Shown one piece after another: positions 44,665 through 57,777 of a DNA stretch of 64,000 bases. Within the stretch, counting starts at the first letter, position 1, and every line of letters starts with the position of its first letter. The notes below the pieces were generated by a model. The model saw only the letters and a list, made by a program, of their open reading frames with translations. It was not told the DNA's origin and did not search any database. The DNA comes from Escherichia coli (GTDB lineage Bacteria; Pseudomonadota; Gammaproteobacteria; Enterobacterales; Enterobacteriaceae): NCBI RefSeq assembly GCF_013122565.1, contig NZ_CP053258.1; one strand, written 5' to 3'. Position numbers and translations under genes: made by a program.

Positions 44665-46266
44665 CTACAAGTCTAACGACCGCTTCCACAACATAAAATC
44701 AAACTGTTCGAGTTTGTCTGCCTTCACGACGTAGTCCTTACTGGCAGTTTCAATAACTTTTTCAAATAATTCTCTACTCACATCTTCCAGCGGAGTGCCG
44801 TCAATCACTGGGCCACAGTCGAAATCAATCATGTCAGACAATCGTCTGGCAATCGTGCTGTTGGTGGATATTTTTAACACCGGAACAATCGGGTTACCGG
44901 TGGGCGTACCAAGACCCGTCGAGAAGATAACCACATTACATCCTGCTGCTACCAATCCGGTTACCGCGTCCACGTCATTGCCCGGAGTACACACCAACGA
45001 TAATCCACTATCGGGCATAGGCTCAGCGTAATCGCATACACTCACAATTGGCGCTCGCCCGCCTTTTTTCGCTGCTCCGGTAGATTTTATTGCGTCAGTA
45101 ATCAACCCATCCGCGATGTTGCCAAAACTTGGGTTATCCGCAATGGTGGTATCGAAAAAGTTCGCTGTCTTTTCGTAGCCTTGCATTAGATTGAGGAACT
45201 TTTTTTTATCCTCAAGATTAATACAACGCTTAACCATATCACCTTCTGCCCCACATAATTCTGGAAATTCTGCTAACCCGGAAGCGCCACCAAGCGTTGT
45301 CAACCAGTCAGAAACCAGCCCCATTGCAGGGTTGCCGGAGATACCAGAAAAACCATCGGAACCACCACACTTCATCCCCACTTTGAGACAGGAAAGAGGG
45401 ACCTCTACTCTTTCTGTCGGCTTCACCGCTTTCATTGCCGCGAAAGTCTGCTGTAAAGCGGTCTGCATCATCCGCTCTTCGCTGTCCCACTCCTGTTGGA
45501 GAAAGTAGAGCGCAGGTTTATCAAATTCAGGATTACGTCTCGCCAGCGCATCCTTAAACATTTTCTGCTGCGCTTTTTCACATCCTAAACTGAATACCGT
45601 CATACCGATTACATTCGGATGGTCAGCATAAGCAGCTAATACATCGCACATAGTTTCACAGTCTGAAGTTGCACCACCACAACCACTGGTGACCGTAATA
45701 CAGCGAACACCTTCAATATGCGGAAACATTCTCGCGGTTTCGATCAGTTCATCGCTACCGGACGTCAGATTAAGAGCAAACTTTTTCAGTGAGTTATTGG
45801 TATAACCCAAAGCATCATTCAAAGCATTGGTTAACTTACTGACATTACGGTTCTCGCAAAATACCAATGGAAAGACTAACCAGTAACTGGCAGTACCCAC
45901 TCTGCCATCGTCACGGACATAACCTTTAAAAGTGCGGGTGCTCCAGTCAGAGACATCCGGTGCCTGCCAGTGGTAGGGTTCAACATCCTCCAGTGTGACA
46001 GGAGCTGCATAGTGGCGAATATTATCAACGGTAATCGCTTCTCCCTTAACGATGGGACGCGTGGCCTTGCCAACTGGCGTACCGTACATCGAAACAATGC
46101 CATCCAGAGGAATATCTTGCGTCGCAAACTTATGTTTAGCCTTAACATCAGTTACTAACGTTATGTTGTCGTCATCCCACGAGTACGATTCTCCAGCGTG
46201 CAGGTCTTTCAACGCGACAATGAGATTATCGTTACTGTCGATACGTAATATTTTTTGCATAATCAT
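44665..46266 (-). CDS. UxaA/GarD-family sugar-acid dehydratase (altronate/galactarate dehydratase-like, SAF N-terminal domain)
   Basis: 533 aa; Cys-rich motifs (ITVTSGCGG, CGGSDGFSGISGNP) typical of the family; probable true start at second ATG (46260). Confidence 0.78.
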   Translation of the reverse strand: MIMQKILRIDSNDNLIVALKDLHAGESYSWDDDNITLVTDVKAKHKFATQDIPLDGIVSMYGTPVGKATRPIVKGEAITVDNIRHYAAPVTLEDVEPYHWQAPDVSDWSTRTFKGYVRDDGRVGTASYWLVFPLVFCENRNVSKLTNALNDALGYTNNSLKKFALNLTSGSDELIETARMFPHIEGVRCITVTSGCGGATSDCETMCDVLAAYADHPNVIGMTVFSLGCEKAQQKMFKDALARRNPEFDKPALYFLQQEWDSEERMMQTALQQTFAAMKAVKPTERVEVPLSCLKVGMKCGGSDGFSGISGNPAMGLVSDWLTTLGGASGLAEFPELCGAEGDMVKRCINLEDKKKFLNLMQGYEKTANFFDTTIADNPSFGNIADGLITDAIKSTGAAKKGGRAPIVSVCDYAEPMPDSGLSLVCTPGNDVDAVTGLVAAGCNVVIFSTGLGTPTGNPIVPVLKISTNSTIARRLSDMIDFDCGPVIDGTPLEDVSRELFEKVIETASKDYVVKADKLEQFDFMLWKRSLDL

Positions 46267-46293
46267 ATTCTTCCAGTCAGATGTTCAATCTTA

Positions 46294-47595
46294 TTAACTG
46301 TATGCTTTTGCTGCCTGTTGGCTCTTTTGCAGCAATCCAATCAATAATGCGCAGCCGATGGTAATTACAGACAACGCCATCAATCCGGCGATGCTGCTAT
46401 CCATTGCCCGATCAACCTCAACACGGATAAGAGGAGCAAGGAACGAGCAGAAAGCGCCCATCGTGGTGCAAAAACCGATCCCCGCAGCCAGTGCCGGACC
46501 AGTAAGAAGTTGTGGAGGGAAAGTCCAGAATATTGGCTGTACTGAGAGGAAACCAACCGCACTTAAACAAAGTGCACCAATCGCCACAACAGGCCCCGCA
46601 AATGCGGAAAGGGCAAGGCCGACAGCAGCAGCCAACATACACATAACCGAAATGGCCACACGCTGGGAAGGATTGCGGTCAGCAATTCGCGGAATGTAAT
46701 AGACGCCAAAAGCAGAGCACGCCCATGGTATTGCCGCGACTAATGACTGCTTAAAGCCAAGGCTTTCTCCCATCAGCGATGCAACCTGTGACGGAAGGAA
46801 AAACATTAAACCATATACTGATATCTGGATGGTGCCGTAGATTAATGCCAGATGCCAAACTTTGGCATTTTTCAATGCTGAAATCACTGAACTGGTTTCT
46901 GTTTTCTGTCGTTCAGATTCCAGTTGCTTATTCAAAGCGTCTTTTTCTTCCTGGGTAAGAAATCGCGCTTTCGTCGGATTATCATCAAGGTAGAACCAGG
47001 CAAAGATACCAAGCACTAATGCCGGCAATCCCTCAATGACAAACATCCAGAACCATCCTGGACGTCCCATCCAGCCATGTAGTTCAAGTAAAGCTCCCGA
47101 TATTGGCGAACCGAGCGTTAACGCCAGCGGCACCCCCAACACAAATATTCCCACGACCGATCCGCGAACCTTGTTAGGAAAATAAATGGATGCGAGCAGT
47201 AAAATTCCGGGATAGAACCCCGCCTCGCCCAGCCCTAACAGAAAGCGCAAAATAATAAATTGCGTTTCACTGGTGACAAATCCCGTCATTGCCGAGAGAA
47301 GGCCCCAAATTGCAGTTGTAATACTTAACCACTTTTGTGCGCCGATTTTATTGAGGATCAGGTTAGCTGGAATGCCGAAAAGTGCATAGGCAGCGAAAAA
47401 TATTCCTGCACCGAGAGCGAATGCCGACTCTGATAATCCAATATCCAGTTTCATTGCATCTTTGGCAAAGCCAACATTTACCCGATCAATAAAGGCAACA
47501 AAATACATTATGAACATTAAGGGTACTAAACGTTTCCACGATTTTTGAATTGCGGAATTCAACAGCGGATTATCGTATTGGGTTATATTAGCCAT
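46294..47595 (-). CDS. MFS transporter, ACS family (sugar-acid/anion permease)
   Basis: 433 aa; N-terminal FIDRVNVGFA motif, 12-TM pattern; AAGGA RBS. Confidence 0.85.
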   Translation of the reverse strand: MANITQYDNPLLNSAIQKSWKRLVPLMFIMYFVAFIDRVNVGFAKDAMKLDIGLSESAFALGAGIFFAAYALFGIPANLILNKIGAQKWLSITTAIWGLLSAMTGFVTSETQFIILRFLLGLGEAGFYPGILLLASIYFPNKVRGSVVGIFVLGVPLALTLGSPISGALLELHGWMGRPGWFWMFVIEGLPALVLGIFAWFYLDDNPTKARFLTQEEKDALNKQLESERQKTETSSVISALKNAKVWHLALIYGTIQISVYGLMFFLPSQVASLMGESLGFKQSLVAAIPWACSAFGVYYIPRIADRNPSQRVAISVMCMLAAAVGLALSAFAGPVVAIGALCLSAVGFLSVQPIFWTFPPQLLTGPALAAGIGFCTTMGAFCSFLAPLIRVEVDRAMDSSIAGLMALSVITIGCALLIGLLQKSQQAAKAYS

Positions 47596-47645
47596 AAATA
47601 AATCCTTAGTTCTGTTGGTAAGATATTCTATTTATAGGTTTTATA

Positions 47646-48539
47646 TTATTTATAATAATCGGTGACAGATAAAATTTCCTGCAATCTCCGGGATTGAATA
47701 TCATCAAGTATATTAAATGGTGAAGAACACCGCTCTGATTGAATAACCCCCTTTAACTGAAGGGCTTTTTTGAAAGTGGGAATAAAAGGAGAATTCACGC
47801 TGTAAACGGCCATTAGTTGATCGACTATCTGCTGATGCTGCGCGACTGCAAGTAAATCGTCATTCGTGAATGCTTGCATCCAGGAGGCAAAAAATTCAGG
47901 GACAATATTGGATAAACCACCAATACAGCCATCTCCACCAGATAGTATGTTGTGGGCAAAATTATTGTCATATCCTGCATACACTTCAAAATGAGGGATA
48001 TTTTTCTTTACGGTATTGATAACCTGCGCAGTATGGAAAGCATCAGGGACGGTATCTTTCATACCAATAATATTGGGATATTTATCTGCCAGTCGTAAAC
48101 AAATCTCTGGTGATACGCTGTACCCGGTTCTCTCCGGGAAGTTATAAATAAAAATATGAGCCGGGGTTTGGCTTGCAATCGTACTGTAGAAATCAAAAAT
48201 AGCTTCATCATCCAGAGGGAAATAATAAGGACTGATGATCATCACACCATCCAATCCTTGCTCCCAGGCGTAATTGGCCAGTGATATTGATTCATTGACG
48301 TCCATGCGACTGGCTCCGGCATAAACCTTCATATCGCCTCGGGAAAACTCACTACAGGTTTTAATCATTTGGCGGGCGTTTTCCATATTAAGAGAAAAAA
48401 ACTCACCAGTACTGCCCATCACAACAAACCCGGACACGTGATTTTTAATAAAATCATAAACCTGAGTGTTTTGCTCAGGATCGATTCGCCCTTGTTCATC
48501 AAATATGGTGACAACGGGGGTTATGTAACGACTTTTCAT
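47646..48539 (-). CDS. Dihydrodipicolinate synthase-family (class I) aldolase, probable 2-keto-3-deoxy sugar-acid aldolase
   Basis: 297 aa; N-terminal TPVVTIFDEQGRID and GSTGE motif; GAGGTAGG RBS. Confidence 0.8.
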   Translation of the reverse strand: MKSRYITPVVTIFDEQGRIDPEQNTQVYDFIKNHVSGFVVMGSTGEFFSLNMENARQMIKTCSEFSRGDMKVYAGASRMDVNESISLANYAWEQGLDGVMIISPYYFPLDDEAIFDFYSTIASQTPAHIFIYNFPERTGYSVSPEICLRLADKYPNIIGMKDTVPDAFHTAQVINTVKKNIPHFEVYAGYDNNFAHNILSGGDGCIGGLSNIVPEFFASWMQAFTNDDLLAVAQHQQIVDQLMAVYSVNSPFIPTFKKALQLKGVIQSERCSSPFNILDDIQSRRLQEILSVTDYYK

Positions 48540-48867
48540 GCCTACCTCATCATAGTTTTATTGTTCATATATACAAACAACGTTTTTAAATACAAACTAA
48601 AATGAGTATACCCAACCTCAGAAATGAGTCAAATTTAGCCAATCACAGAAGTGATACAGCTAAGCTATTGATATATTTGGAGTAATTATGTCGGAGACCT
48701 GCATAAAAAACAATCGCAGTTCTTTTTTTATCCGTTTTATGACCAGTATCACGCTAAAAAAGGACTGATGGGCTCAACAGCAGTCAAGGAACGCGAGGGG
48801 GTTAATTTACTTGAATTATAATTCTCCCTAGAATGGTGCATTACTCATGGTAAGGGAAATAGTCATT

Positions 48868-49647
48868 ATGGAACATAAGCCTACCATCCGGGTGTTAGAG
48901 ATACTGGAAGCACTGGCAGCGGAGAATCAGGGTGTTTCATTAACTCACCTTTCGGAAAAAACAGGCATCCTGAAAGGAACGATTTTTCCCATCCTCAAAA
49001 CGCTGGTTGAACAGCGGTACATCAGTTATGACGCTAATACCCAGCTTTATAATCTGGGGATCTCCTGCTCGATTCTGTCCCGTGCTTTCCTCGACAGATC
49101 GTACTGGTTAAAAATGGTTTACAAAGAGATGAACAACATTGTCAAAGAGTGCAATGAAGTTTGTCAGATGGGGATCCTGGACGGTGCAGATGTTTTATAT
49201 ATCAATAAGGTGCAGGCGGCACAAACCGTACAACTGGTTTCACATATTGGGACTCGTCTGCCTGCTATCTATTCTGCGCTGGGAAAAGCCATTATCTGTG
49301 AATACAGTGATCAACAAATTCGGCAACTCTACCCTGACGGTTTTGTTCCCATGACATCGTATAGCGTTACGACCCTGGAACAATTGCGCCAACAACTTGA
49401 GGATGCCAGAGTAAATGGCTATGCATTTGATAACAGGGAAATCAATGAGGAGACGGTATGTTATGCTGTTGCCTTAAAACAGCGAAATAAAACGCTTGCC
49501 GCCATCAGCATTTCAATACCCGTATTTCGTGCGACAAAAGAAAAAATTGCCGATGTCACGCGTATCCTGCTGAATGCACGTTCGCGTATTGAACAGGAAC
49601 TCAACACCTTACAGGATATCAATATCGGTATTGATTCCCACCATTAA
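48868..49647 (+). CDS. IclR-family transcriptional regulator
   Basis: N-terminal wHTH (RVLEILEALAAENQGVSLTHLSEKTGILKGTIFPIL) plus effector domain; start at ATG 48868 (alternative 48847). Confidence 0.85.
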   Translation: MEHKPTIRVLEILEALAAENQGVSLTHLSEKTGILKGTIFPILKTLVEQRYISYDANTQLYNLGISCSILSRAFLDRSYWLKMVYKEMNNIVKECNEVCQMGILDGADVLYINKVQAAQTVQLVSHIGTRLPAIYSALGKAIICEYSDQQIRQLYPDGFVPMTSYSVTTLEQLRQQLEDARVNGYAFDNREINEETVCYAVALKQRNKTLAAISISIPVFRATKEKIADVTRILLNARSRIEQELNTLQDINIGIDSHH

Positions 49648-49723
49648 GGGTATTTTCCATTCGAAGCCCGATACGTAAAAATTATCGGGCTAACAAAATA
49701 TCCATTGAATGGATAGCGATGAA

Positions 49724-50455
49724 CTAGCTGCGCTGGCGCACCGCTTCAAATAAGCAAATTCCGGTCGCAACCGAAACGTTCAGGGAAGAAACGCTTCCAG
49801 CCATCGGGATGCTGATCAACTCATCGCAATGTTCACGAGTCAGGCGACGCATACCTTCACCTTCCGCACCCATCACCAGCGCCAGGCGTCCGGTCATTTT
49901 GCTCTGATAGAGTGTATGATCCGCCTCGCCTGCCGTACCGACGATCCAGATATTCTCTTCCTGCAACATACGCATGGTGCGCGCAAGGTTAGTCACCCGA
50001 ATCAGCGGAACGTTTTCTGCCGCGCCGCAGGCTACTTTTTTCGCCGTGGCGTTGAGCTGTGCGGAGCGATCTTTCGGCACAATCACCGCATGAACGCCAG
50101 CGGCGTCCGCGCTACGCAGGCACGCGCCGAGGTTGTGCGGATCGGTTACACCGTCGAGGATCAGCAGGAACGGTTGATCGAGCGAAGCGATCAGATCCGG
50201 CAGATCGTTTTCCTGATACTGACGTCCTGGCTTCACACGGGCAATAATGCCCTGATGCACGGCACCGTCGCTTTTCTCGTCGAGATACTGACGGTTCGCC
50301 AACTGGATAACCACGCCCTGGGACTCAAGGGCGTGAATCAGCGGTAACAGACGTTTATCTTCACGGCCTTTTAAAATAAAGACTTCCTGAAAACGTTCAG
50401 GGGCGCGCTCCAGCAGGGCCTGCACTGCGTGGATGCCGTAAATCATTTCGCTCAT
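49724..50455 (-). CDS. rlmB: 23S rRNA (guanosine2251-2'-O)-methyltransferase RlmB
   Basis: 243 aa SpoU/TrmH-family MTase [36 protein letters not shown]. Confidence 0.92.
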   Translation of the reverse strand: MSEMIYGIHAVQALLERAPERFQEVFILKGREDKRLLPLIHALESQGVVIQLANRQYLDEKSDGAVHQGIIARVKPGRQYQENDLPDLIASLDQPFLLILDGVTDPHNLGACLRSADAAGVHAVIVPKDRSAQLNATAKKVACGAAENVPLIRVTNLARTMRMLQEENIWIVGTAGEADHTLYQSKMTGRLALVMGAEGEGMRRLTREHCDELISIPMAGSVSSLNVSVATGICLFEAVRQRS

Positions 50456-50479
50456 TAATGTACTCGTTGTTTACGTTTT

Positions 50480-50578
50480 GCCTGATGCACTACGTTTATC
50501 CGGCCTACATGATCTCTGCAATATATTGAATTTGCGTGATTATGTAGGCCGGATAAGGCGTTCACGCCGCATCCGGCA
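50480..50578. repeat. REP/BIME element (two inverted REP units)
   Basis: tgcctgatgcactacgtttatccggcctaca ... tgtaggccggataaggcgttcacgccgcatccggca. Confidence 0.85.
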
Positions 50579-50634
50579 TGAACAAAGCGCATTTTGTCAG
50601 CAATCTAACCCTCTTCTTTTAAAGAGGGTAATGA

Positions 50635-53076
50635 TCACTCTGCCACTTTTTTCTTCGCCGCACGCTTCGCTTTGGTCGCTGCAGCTATTTTCTGCGTTTT
50701 CGCCGATGGCTTTTTCGCTTTTCTCGCGTCTTTCTTCGCTGCTTTCGGCTTCGTTTTTTTCTCACCGCGGAAGGCGCTGTCTGGCTCAAAGTTTACCTTT
50801 TTACCGACCTGACGACGCTTGCCGCCTTTTTTACCTGTATCGCCTTTTTTCGCTTTCTCGCGCGCCGTTTTACCGACGTTGCGCGGTGCGCGTTCGCTGG
50901 AGATCAGGCTAAAGTCGATTTTGCGCTCGTCCATATTAACCGCTTCGACGCGAACTTCCACGCGATCGCCCAGACGATAAGTCTGGCCGCTGGATTCACC
51001 CATCAGCCGTTGCCCTACCTGGTCAAAGCGATAGTAGTCATTGTCCAGCGAAGAGACATGGACCAGACCATCAATGAACAAGTCGTCCAGACGGACGAAG
51101 AAGCCAAAGCCAGTGACGCTGGAAATTACGCCTTTAAAGACGTTACCTACCTGGTCGAGCATGAAGTCACACTTCAGCCAGTCAGCTACATCGCGCGTTG
51201 CTTCGTCGGCACGACGTTCCGCCATCGAACAGTGCTGACCCAGTTGCAGCATCTCTTCCATCGAATAATGGTAGCCGCCGGTTTCAGTGGTGTTGCCCTG
51301 ATGCCCCTGCTCTTTCGCCAGCAGATATTTAATGGCGCGGTGCAACGTCAGGTCAGGATAACGACGAATCGGCGAAGTAAAGTGCGCATAGGACTGCAAT
51401 GCCAGACCGAAGTGACCACGGTTTTCCGGATCGTAAATTGCCTGTTTCATCGAGCGCAGCAGCATGGTTTGCAGCATTTCTGCATCAGGACGATCGGCAA
51501 CCGACTCCAGCAGCTCCGCGTAGTCACGCGGTTCCGGCTTGTTACCACCCGGCAGTTCCAGCCCCAGCTCCGCCAGAACAGAACGGAAAGAGGTAATCGC
51601 TTCGGTGCTCGGCTTGTCGTGAATACGGAACAGTGCCGGTTCTTTGGCTTTCTCAACGAAACGCGCCGCCGAGATATTCGCCAGAATCATGCACTCTTCA
51701 ATTAACTTGTGCGCGTCGTTACGCTGAGTCTGTTCGATACGCTCAATACGGCGTTCAGCGTTGAAAATAAACTTCGCTTCTTCGCTCTCAAATGAGATCC
51801 CACCGCGTTCTTCACGGGCTTTATCCAGCACTTTATAAAGGTTATGCAACTCTTCGAGATGCTTAACCAGCGGGGCGTATTGCTCGCGCAGATCCTGATC
51901 GCCCTGCAGAATATGCCAGACTTTGGTGTAGGTCAGACGCGCGTGAGAGCTCATCACCGCTTCGTAGAATTTGTAGCCAGTCAGGCGGCCTTTCGACGAA
52001 ACCGTCATCTCGCACACCATACACAGGCGGTCTACCTGCGGGTTGAGCGAACACAGGCCGTTAGAGAGCACTTCCGGCAGCATCGGGATAACCTGCGAAG
52101 GGAAGTACACCGACGTGCCACGGTTACGCGCTTCTCTGTCCAGCGGCGTTGGCGGACGCACATAGTAGCTGACGTCGGCAATCGCGACCCATAAACGCCA
52201 GCCGCCGCCGCGTTTTTTCTCGCAGTAAACTGCATCGTCAAAGTCACGGGCGTCTTCGCCATCAATGGTGACCAGCGGTAAATCACGCAGATCGACACGG
52301 CCCGCTTTTGCTTCTTCCGGCACTTCTTCTTTCAGCCCGGCAACCTGTTGCTCAACAGCCTGCGGCCAGATGTACGGAATTTCATGGGTACGCAGAGCGA
52401 TATCAACCGCCATGCCGGTGCCCATATTGTCGCCCAGCACTTCGACGATTTTACCCACCGCTTTGGTACGGCGAGTCGGGCGTTGGGTCAGTTCAACTAC
52501 GACCACAAAGCCCATCCGCGCGCCCATGATCTGATCGGGCGGGATTAAGATATCGAAGCTCAGACGGCTATCGTCAGGAACCACAAAGCCGACGCCCGCT
52601 TCGGTAAAGTAGCGACCAACAATCTGGCTGGTTTTTGGCACCAGTACGCGGACAATACGCGCTTCACGACGACCTTTACGGTCAGCGCCCAGCGGCTGAG
52701 CCAGCACCTGATCGCCATGAATGCAGGTTTTCATCTGCTCGCTGGAGAGATACAAATCATCTTTACGCCCTTCAACCCGCAGAAAGCCGTAGCCATCACG
52801 GTGGCCAATAACGGTACCTTTCACCAGGTCGAGGCGTTCCGGCAGCGCATAGCACTGACGACGAGTGAAGACCAGTTGACCATCGCGCTCCATCGCGCGC
52901 AGGCGGCGACGCAGGCCTTCAAGCTGCTCTTCGCCTTCAATGTGCAGTTCTACCGCCAGCTCATCACGGCTGGCCGGTTTTTCACGTTTGGTTAAATGTT
53001 CGAGGATAAATTCCCGACTAGGGATGGGATTCGCGTATTTTTCAGCTTCGCGTTCCTGGAAAGGATCTTGTGACAT
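50635..53076 (-). CDS. rnr: Ribonuclease R
   Basis: 813 aa from [28 protein letters not shown]; RNB domain, lysine-rich basic C-terminal tail. Confidence 0.93.
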   Translation of the reverse strand: MSQDPFQEREAEKYANPIPSREFILEHLTKREKPASRDELAVELHIEGEEQLEGLRRRLRAMERDGQLVFTRRQCYALPERLDLVKGTVIGHRDGYGFLRVEGRKDDLYLSSEQMKTCIHGDQVLAQPLGADRKGRREARIVRVLVPKTSQIVGRYFTEAGVGFVVPDDSRLSFDILIPPDQIMGARMGFVVVVELTQRPTRRTKAVGKIVEVLGDNMGTGMAVDIALRTHEIPYIWPQAVEQQVAGLKEEVPEEAKAGRVDLRDLPLVTIDGEDARDFDDAVYCEKKRGGGWRLWVAIADVSYYVRPPTPLDREARNRGTSVYFPSQVIPMLPEVLSNGLCSLNPQVDRLCMVCEMTVSSKGRLTGYKFYEAVMSSHARLTYTKVWHILQGDQDLREQYAPLVKHLEELHNLYKVLDKAREERGGISFESEEAKFIFNAERRIERIEQTQRNDAHKLIEECMILANISAARFVEKAKEPALFRIHDKPSTEAITSFRSVLAELGLELPGGNKPEPRDYAELLESVADRPDAEMLQTMLLRSMKQAIYDPENRGHFGLALQSYAHFTSPIRRYPDLTLHRAIKYLLAKEQGHQGNTTETGGYHYSMEEMLQLGQHCSMAERRADEATRDVADWLKCDFMLDQVGNVFKGVISSVTGFGFFVRLDDLFIDGLVHVSSLDNDYYRFDQVGQRLMGESSGQTYRLGDRVEVRVEAVNMDERKIDFSLISSERAPRNVGKTAREKAKKGDTGKKGGKRRQVGKKVNFEPDSAFRGEKKTKPKAAKKDARKAKKPSAKTQKIAAATKAKRAAKKKVAE

Positions 53077-53114
53077 CTCGGTTCCTCCGTTGTCATCTCT
53101 GATGAAGATTTTCG

Positions 53115-53540
53115 TCACTCCACCAGCAATAATTTATAAAGCGGTTGATTCTCTTCAACCAAATCGGCAAGCGTGTAGTTATCCAGTTCCGTAAGAAAAC
53201 TTTGCACGGCCTTAGAAAGTGCCTGTTTCAACCGACAGGCAGGTGTAATGTGGCAAAACTCACTGCTGCAATTCACCAGCGATAAAGGTTCCAGCTCGCG
53301 CACCACATCACCAATACGTATCGCACTCGCCGGTTTACCCAGGCGAATGCCGCCATTTTTTCCACGAACAGCAGTCACGTAGCCGGCACGACTAAGTTGA
53401 TTGATTATTTTGACCATATGATTACGGGAGACGCCGTAGACGTCAGTCACTTCAGAAATACTGGTCATCCGCCCTTCTGGCAATGACGCCATGTAGATCA
53501 GCGCACGTAATCCGTAATCAGTGAAACTCGTTAACTGCAC
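53115..53540 (-). CDS. nsrR: Nitric-oxide-sensing Rrf2-family repressor NsrR
   Basis: 141 aa [49 protein letters not shown]...; three-Cys cluster. Confidence 0.93.
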
Positions 53541-53744
53541 ATCAACCTCAAAAGGGAAATCGGGAAAAAATACATTTATATTGATGATAAACCAGCCACA
53601 AGCTGTGTCGCTAATTTATTTCAGTTCGGGGAAGGAAAAAAGCGAGGATTTAACACTGTGTCGGATAGCGTAATGGCTTAACCGACACAGCAATGTATCA
53701 CACTGTTAGCCCGGCAGGCAAAATATCTGCCAGGCGTACCAGAA

Positions 53745-55046
<1,302 letters not shown>

Positions 55047-55146
55047 TCAAAATCACCGTTTGCTTAAAAATGGATTCTACCATCGCTTTTTCAGAGTTAC
55101 AGCACTTTTTGCACTCAAAAATGACCTCGATCAGTCTGTTTTTTGT

Positions 55147-55344
55147 TCAGCCAATCGTTTTCCTCAACATGTAGTAGACCACAACGCCCGCAACCACAAG
55201 TCCACCGCCAAAACGACGTAAAATATTATCGGGCAAATTGGTCATCGCAGAGATCATCTTCTTCCATGCCTTCGGGTAAAGCATCGGCCCTAAACCTTCC
55301 AGTACCAAAACCAGGGCAAGCGCCAGCCAGATTGTCGAATTCAT
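55147..55344 (-). CDS. yjeT: Small membrane protein YjeT (DUF2065)
   Basis: 65 aa hydrophobic ORF between purA and hflC. Confidence 0.78.
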   Translation of the reverse strand: MNSTIWLALALVLVLEGLGPMLYPKAWKKMISAMTNLPDNILRRFGGGLVVAGVVVYYMLRKTIG

Positions 55345-55425
55345 TCATTATCCTTATAGAAAAAGAAAACCACCGACATCCCTGAGGATGCGGTGGCTTT
55401 ATTGACCTGTACCGCAGTCGTTATA

Positions 55426-56430
55426 TTAACGCGTTGCGGAAGTCGGCGTCTTCATGTAGCGGAAGAAATCGCTATCCGGGCTCATGACCATCACGTCCTG
55501 ATTGCCAGAGAAGCTGTTCTCATAAGCACGCAGGCTACGGATGAATGCGTAGAAGTCCGGATCTTTACTGAATGCATCAGCAAACAGTTTGGCTGCTTCG
55601 GCATCGCCTTCACCGCGCATGATGCGGCCCTGACGCTCAGCTTCTGCCAGCGTTCTGGTCACTTCATAGTCGGCAGTCGCGCGCAGTTTTTCCGCTTCTT
55701 CCTGACCTTGTGAACGGTGACGACGCGCTACCGCTTCACGCTCGGCGCGCATACGGTTGTAGATCGCTTCAGACACTTCGGTCGGGAGGTTGATCTGCTT
55801 GATACGCACATCGACAACTTCAATACCCAGCGCCGCCATACTGTTCGGGTTGATGACCGGAACTTTGCCCTTCGTCTCAGCCGTTACGCGCTCTGCCGCT
55901 TCGGCAATGGCGTTATCTGCCGCCGGGGTAGTAACTTCATCTTCTGTACCCGCAGAACCGGAGTTCAGCGCATCACGTACTTCGAGGGTCAGACGACCAC
56001 GGGAATCGGTGACGATATCTTTCACGTCCAGGCGACCAATTTCAGAACGCAGACGGTCAGAGAACTTACGTTTCAACAGCACTTCCGCTTGCGAAATGTC
56101 GCCACCACCCGTTGCCAGGTAGTAACGGCTGAAATCGCTGATGCGCCATTTGATGTAAGAGTCGACGATCAGGTCTTTCTTCTCTTTGGTCACAAAGCGG
56201 TCGGCCTGGTTGTCCATGGTCTGAATACGTGCGTCGAGCATTTTCACCGTTTCAATGAACGGTATCTTGAAATGCAGACCCGGCTCATAAACCAGAGGTT
56301 TGTTGTCATCGTCACGCAGTACCTTACCAAAACGCAGCGTAATACCGCGCTCACCTTCTTTGACGACAAAGACAGACATGTAAAGCACTACCAGCACGAT
56401 GATGATAATCGCGATAACTGACTTACGCAT
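55426..56430 (-). CDS. hflC: Modulator of FtsH protease HflC
   Basis: 334 aa SPFH/band-7 protein; operon position after hflK. Confidence 0.93.
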   Translation of the reverse strand: MRKSVIAIIIIVLVVLYMSVFVVKEGERGITLRFGKVLRDDDNKPLVYEPGLHFKIPFIETVKMLDARIQTMDNQADRFVTKEKKDLIVDSYIKWRISDFSRYYLATGGGDISQAEVLLKRKFSDRLRSEIGRLDVKDIVTDSRGRLTLEVRDALNSGSAGTEDEVTTPAADNAIAEAAERVTAETKGKVPVINPNSMAALGIEVVDVRIKQINLPTEVSEAIYNRMRAEREAVARRHRSQGQEEAEKLRATADYEVTRTLAEAERQGRIMRGEGDAEAAKLFADAFSKDPDFYAFIRSLRAYENSFSGNQDVMVMSPDSDFFRYMKTPTSATR

Positions 56431-56432
56431 CG

Positions 56433-57692
56433 TTATTCCCCCTGACGCTGGTAGTCGTTACGCTGCGCGTTGGCGCGGCGTTGGTCCATAATATCGCCCT
56501 GACTGGTGGACGACGTGTTGCTTGCTCCACTGGTTGTGGAGGAAGAGGCTGGCGGCAGACGTAGCAGATTGCTGGCACCGTTATCGCTCTTCGCTGCAGG
56601 GGCGTTACCACCTTTCAGCATCTGGTCTAACGGCAGAACCATCAGGTTGCCACCTTTATCGTTAACCAGCACTTTGCGGGTGTTGCCCAACACTTTTTCC
56701 ATCGTCTCGATATACAGACGCTCGCGAGTAATTTCCGGCGCGGCTTTATATTCCGGCAGAAGTTTAGCAAAGCGCGCCACTTCACCCTGGGCTTCCAGGA
56801 TGGTCTGGGCCTTGTACGCACGCGCCTCTTCGAGGATACGTTGCGCCTGACCGTTCGCACGCGGCTGAACTTCGTTGGTATACGCTTCTGCTTCACGAAT
56901 GTATTGCTGTTCGTTTTCACGCGCGGCAATCGCATCGTCAAACGCCGCTTTTACTTCTTCCGGTGGACGAGCAGCCTGGAAGTTGACGTCCAGCAGCGTG
57001 ATACCCATGTCATACGGACGAATCGTCTCTTCCAGTTCGCGCTGAGTATCGCTACGAATCACGGTACGACCTTCCGTCAGAATGCGGTCCATGGTGTATT
57101 TACCGATAACTCCACGCAGGGCGCTGTCGGTAGCCTGACGCAGGCTGTCATCCGGGCTGGTCACGCTATACAGATATTTTTCCGGATTGGTGACGCGGTA
57201 CTGCACGTTCATCTCAACGCGCACTACGTTCTCGTCCGACGTCAGCATCACACCAGAAGCGGCCAGTTCACGCACGGCTTCCACGTTCACCGGTTTGACT
57301 TCGTCGATAAACGTCGGTTTCCAGTTCAGACCCGGCTCAACCAGATGGCTGAATTTACCAAAGCGTGTTACCACGCCGCGTTCGGCTTCTTTAATGGTAT
57401 AGAAACCACTGGCCGCCCAGATAATGACAATCGCTGCCGCTGCGATGGTAACGACACGACCGCCAAGCTGCGGGCGCGGGCCTTGCGATGAACTGCCACC
57501 GCCAGATCCGGTGCCTTTACCGCCGCCCAGACCACCGAGCTTTTTGCTCAGTTTGCGGAAGATATCATCTAAATCAGGTGGCCCTTGATCGCGACCGCCT
57601 TTGTTTCCATTTCCCTCAGAGTTGCCGCCAGGTTTGCTGCTTCCCCACGGGTCGCGGTCTTGTCCGTTATTACCGGGCTGATTCCACGCCAT
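56433..57692 (-). CDS. hflK: Modulator of FtsH protease HflK
   Basis: 419 aa; Gly-rich N-terminal region, SPFH domain. Confidence 0.93.
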   Translation of the reverse strand: MAWNQPGNNGQDRDPWGSSKPGGNSEGNGNKGGRDQGPPDLDDIFRKLSKKLGGLGGGKGTGSGGGSSSQGPRPQLGGRVVTIAAAAIVIIWAASGFYTIKEAERGVVTRFGKFSHLVEPGLNWKPTFIDEVKPVNVEAVRELAASGVMLTSDENVVRVEMNVQYRVTNPEKYLYSVTSPDDSLRQATDSALRGVIGKYTMDRILTEGRTVIRSDTQRELEETIRPYDMGITLLDVNFQAARPPEEVKAAFDDAIAARENEQQYIREAEAYTNEVQPRANGQAQRILEEARAYKAQTILEAQGEVARFAKLLPEYKAAPEITRERLYIETMEKVLGNTRKVLVNDKGGNLMVLPLDQMLKGGNAPAAKSDNGASNLLRLPPASSSTTSGASNTSSTSQGDIMDQRRANAQRNDYQRQGE

Positions 57693-57777
57693 GTTTGTGC
57701 TCCATATTTGTTATGCGGTGATCCCTGTTGTCTTTCGACGCCAGAGGATATGACTCCACGCTTCAGACGCTACGCCG

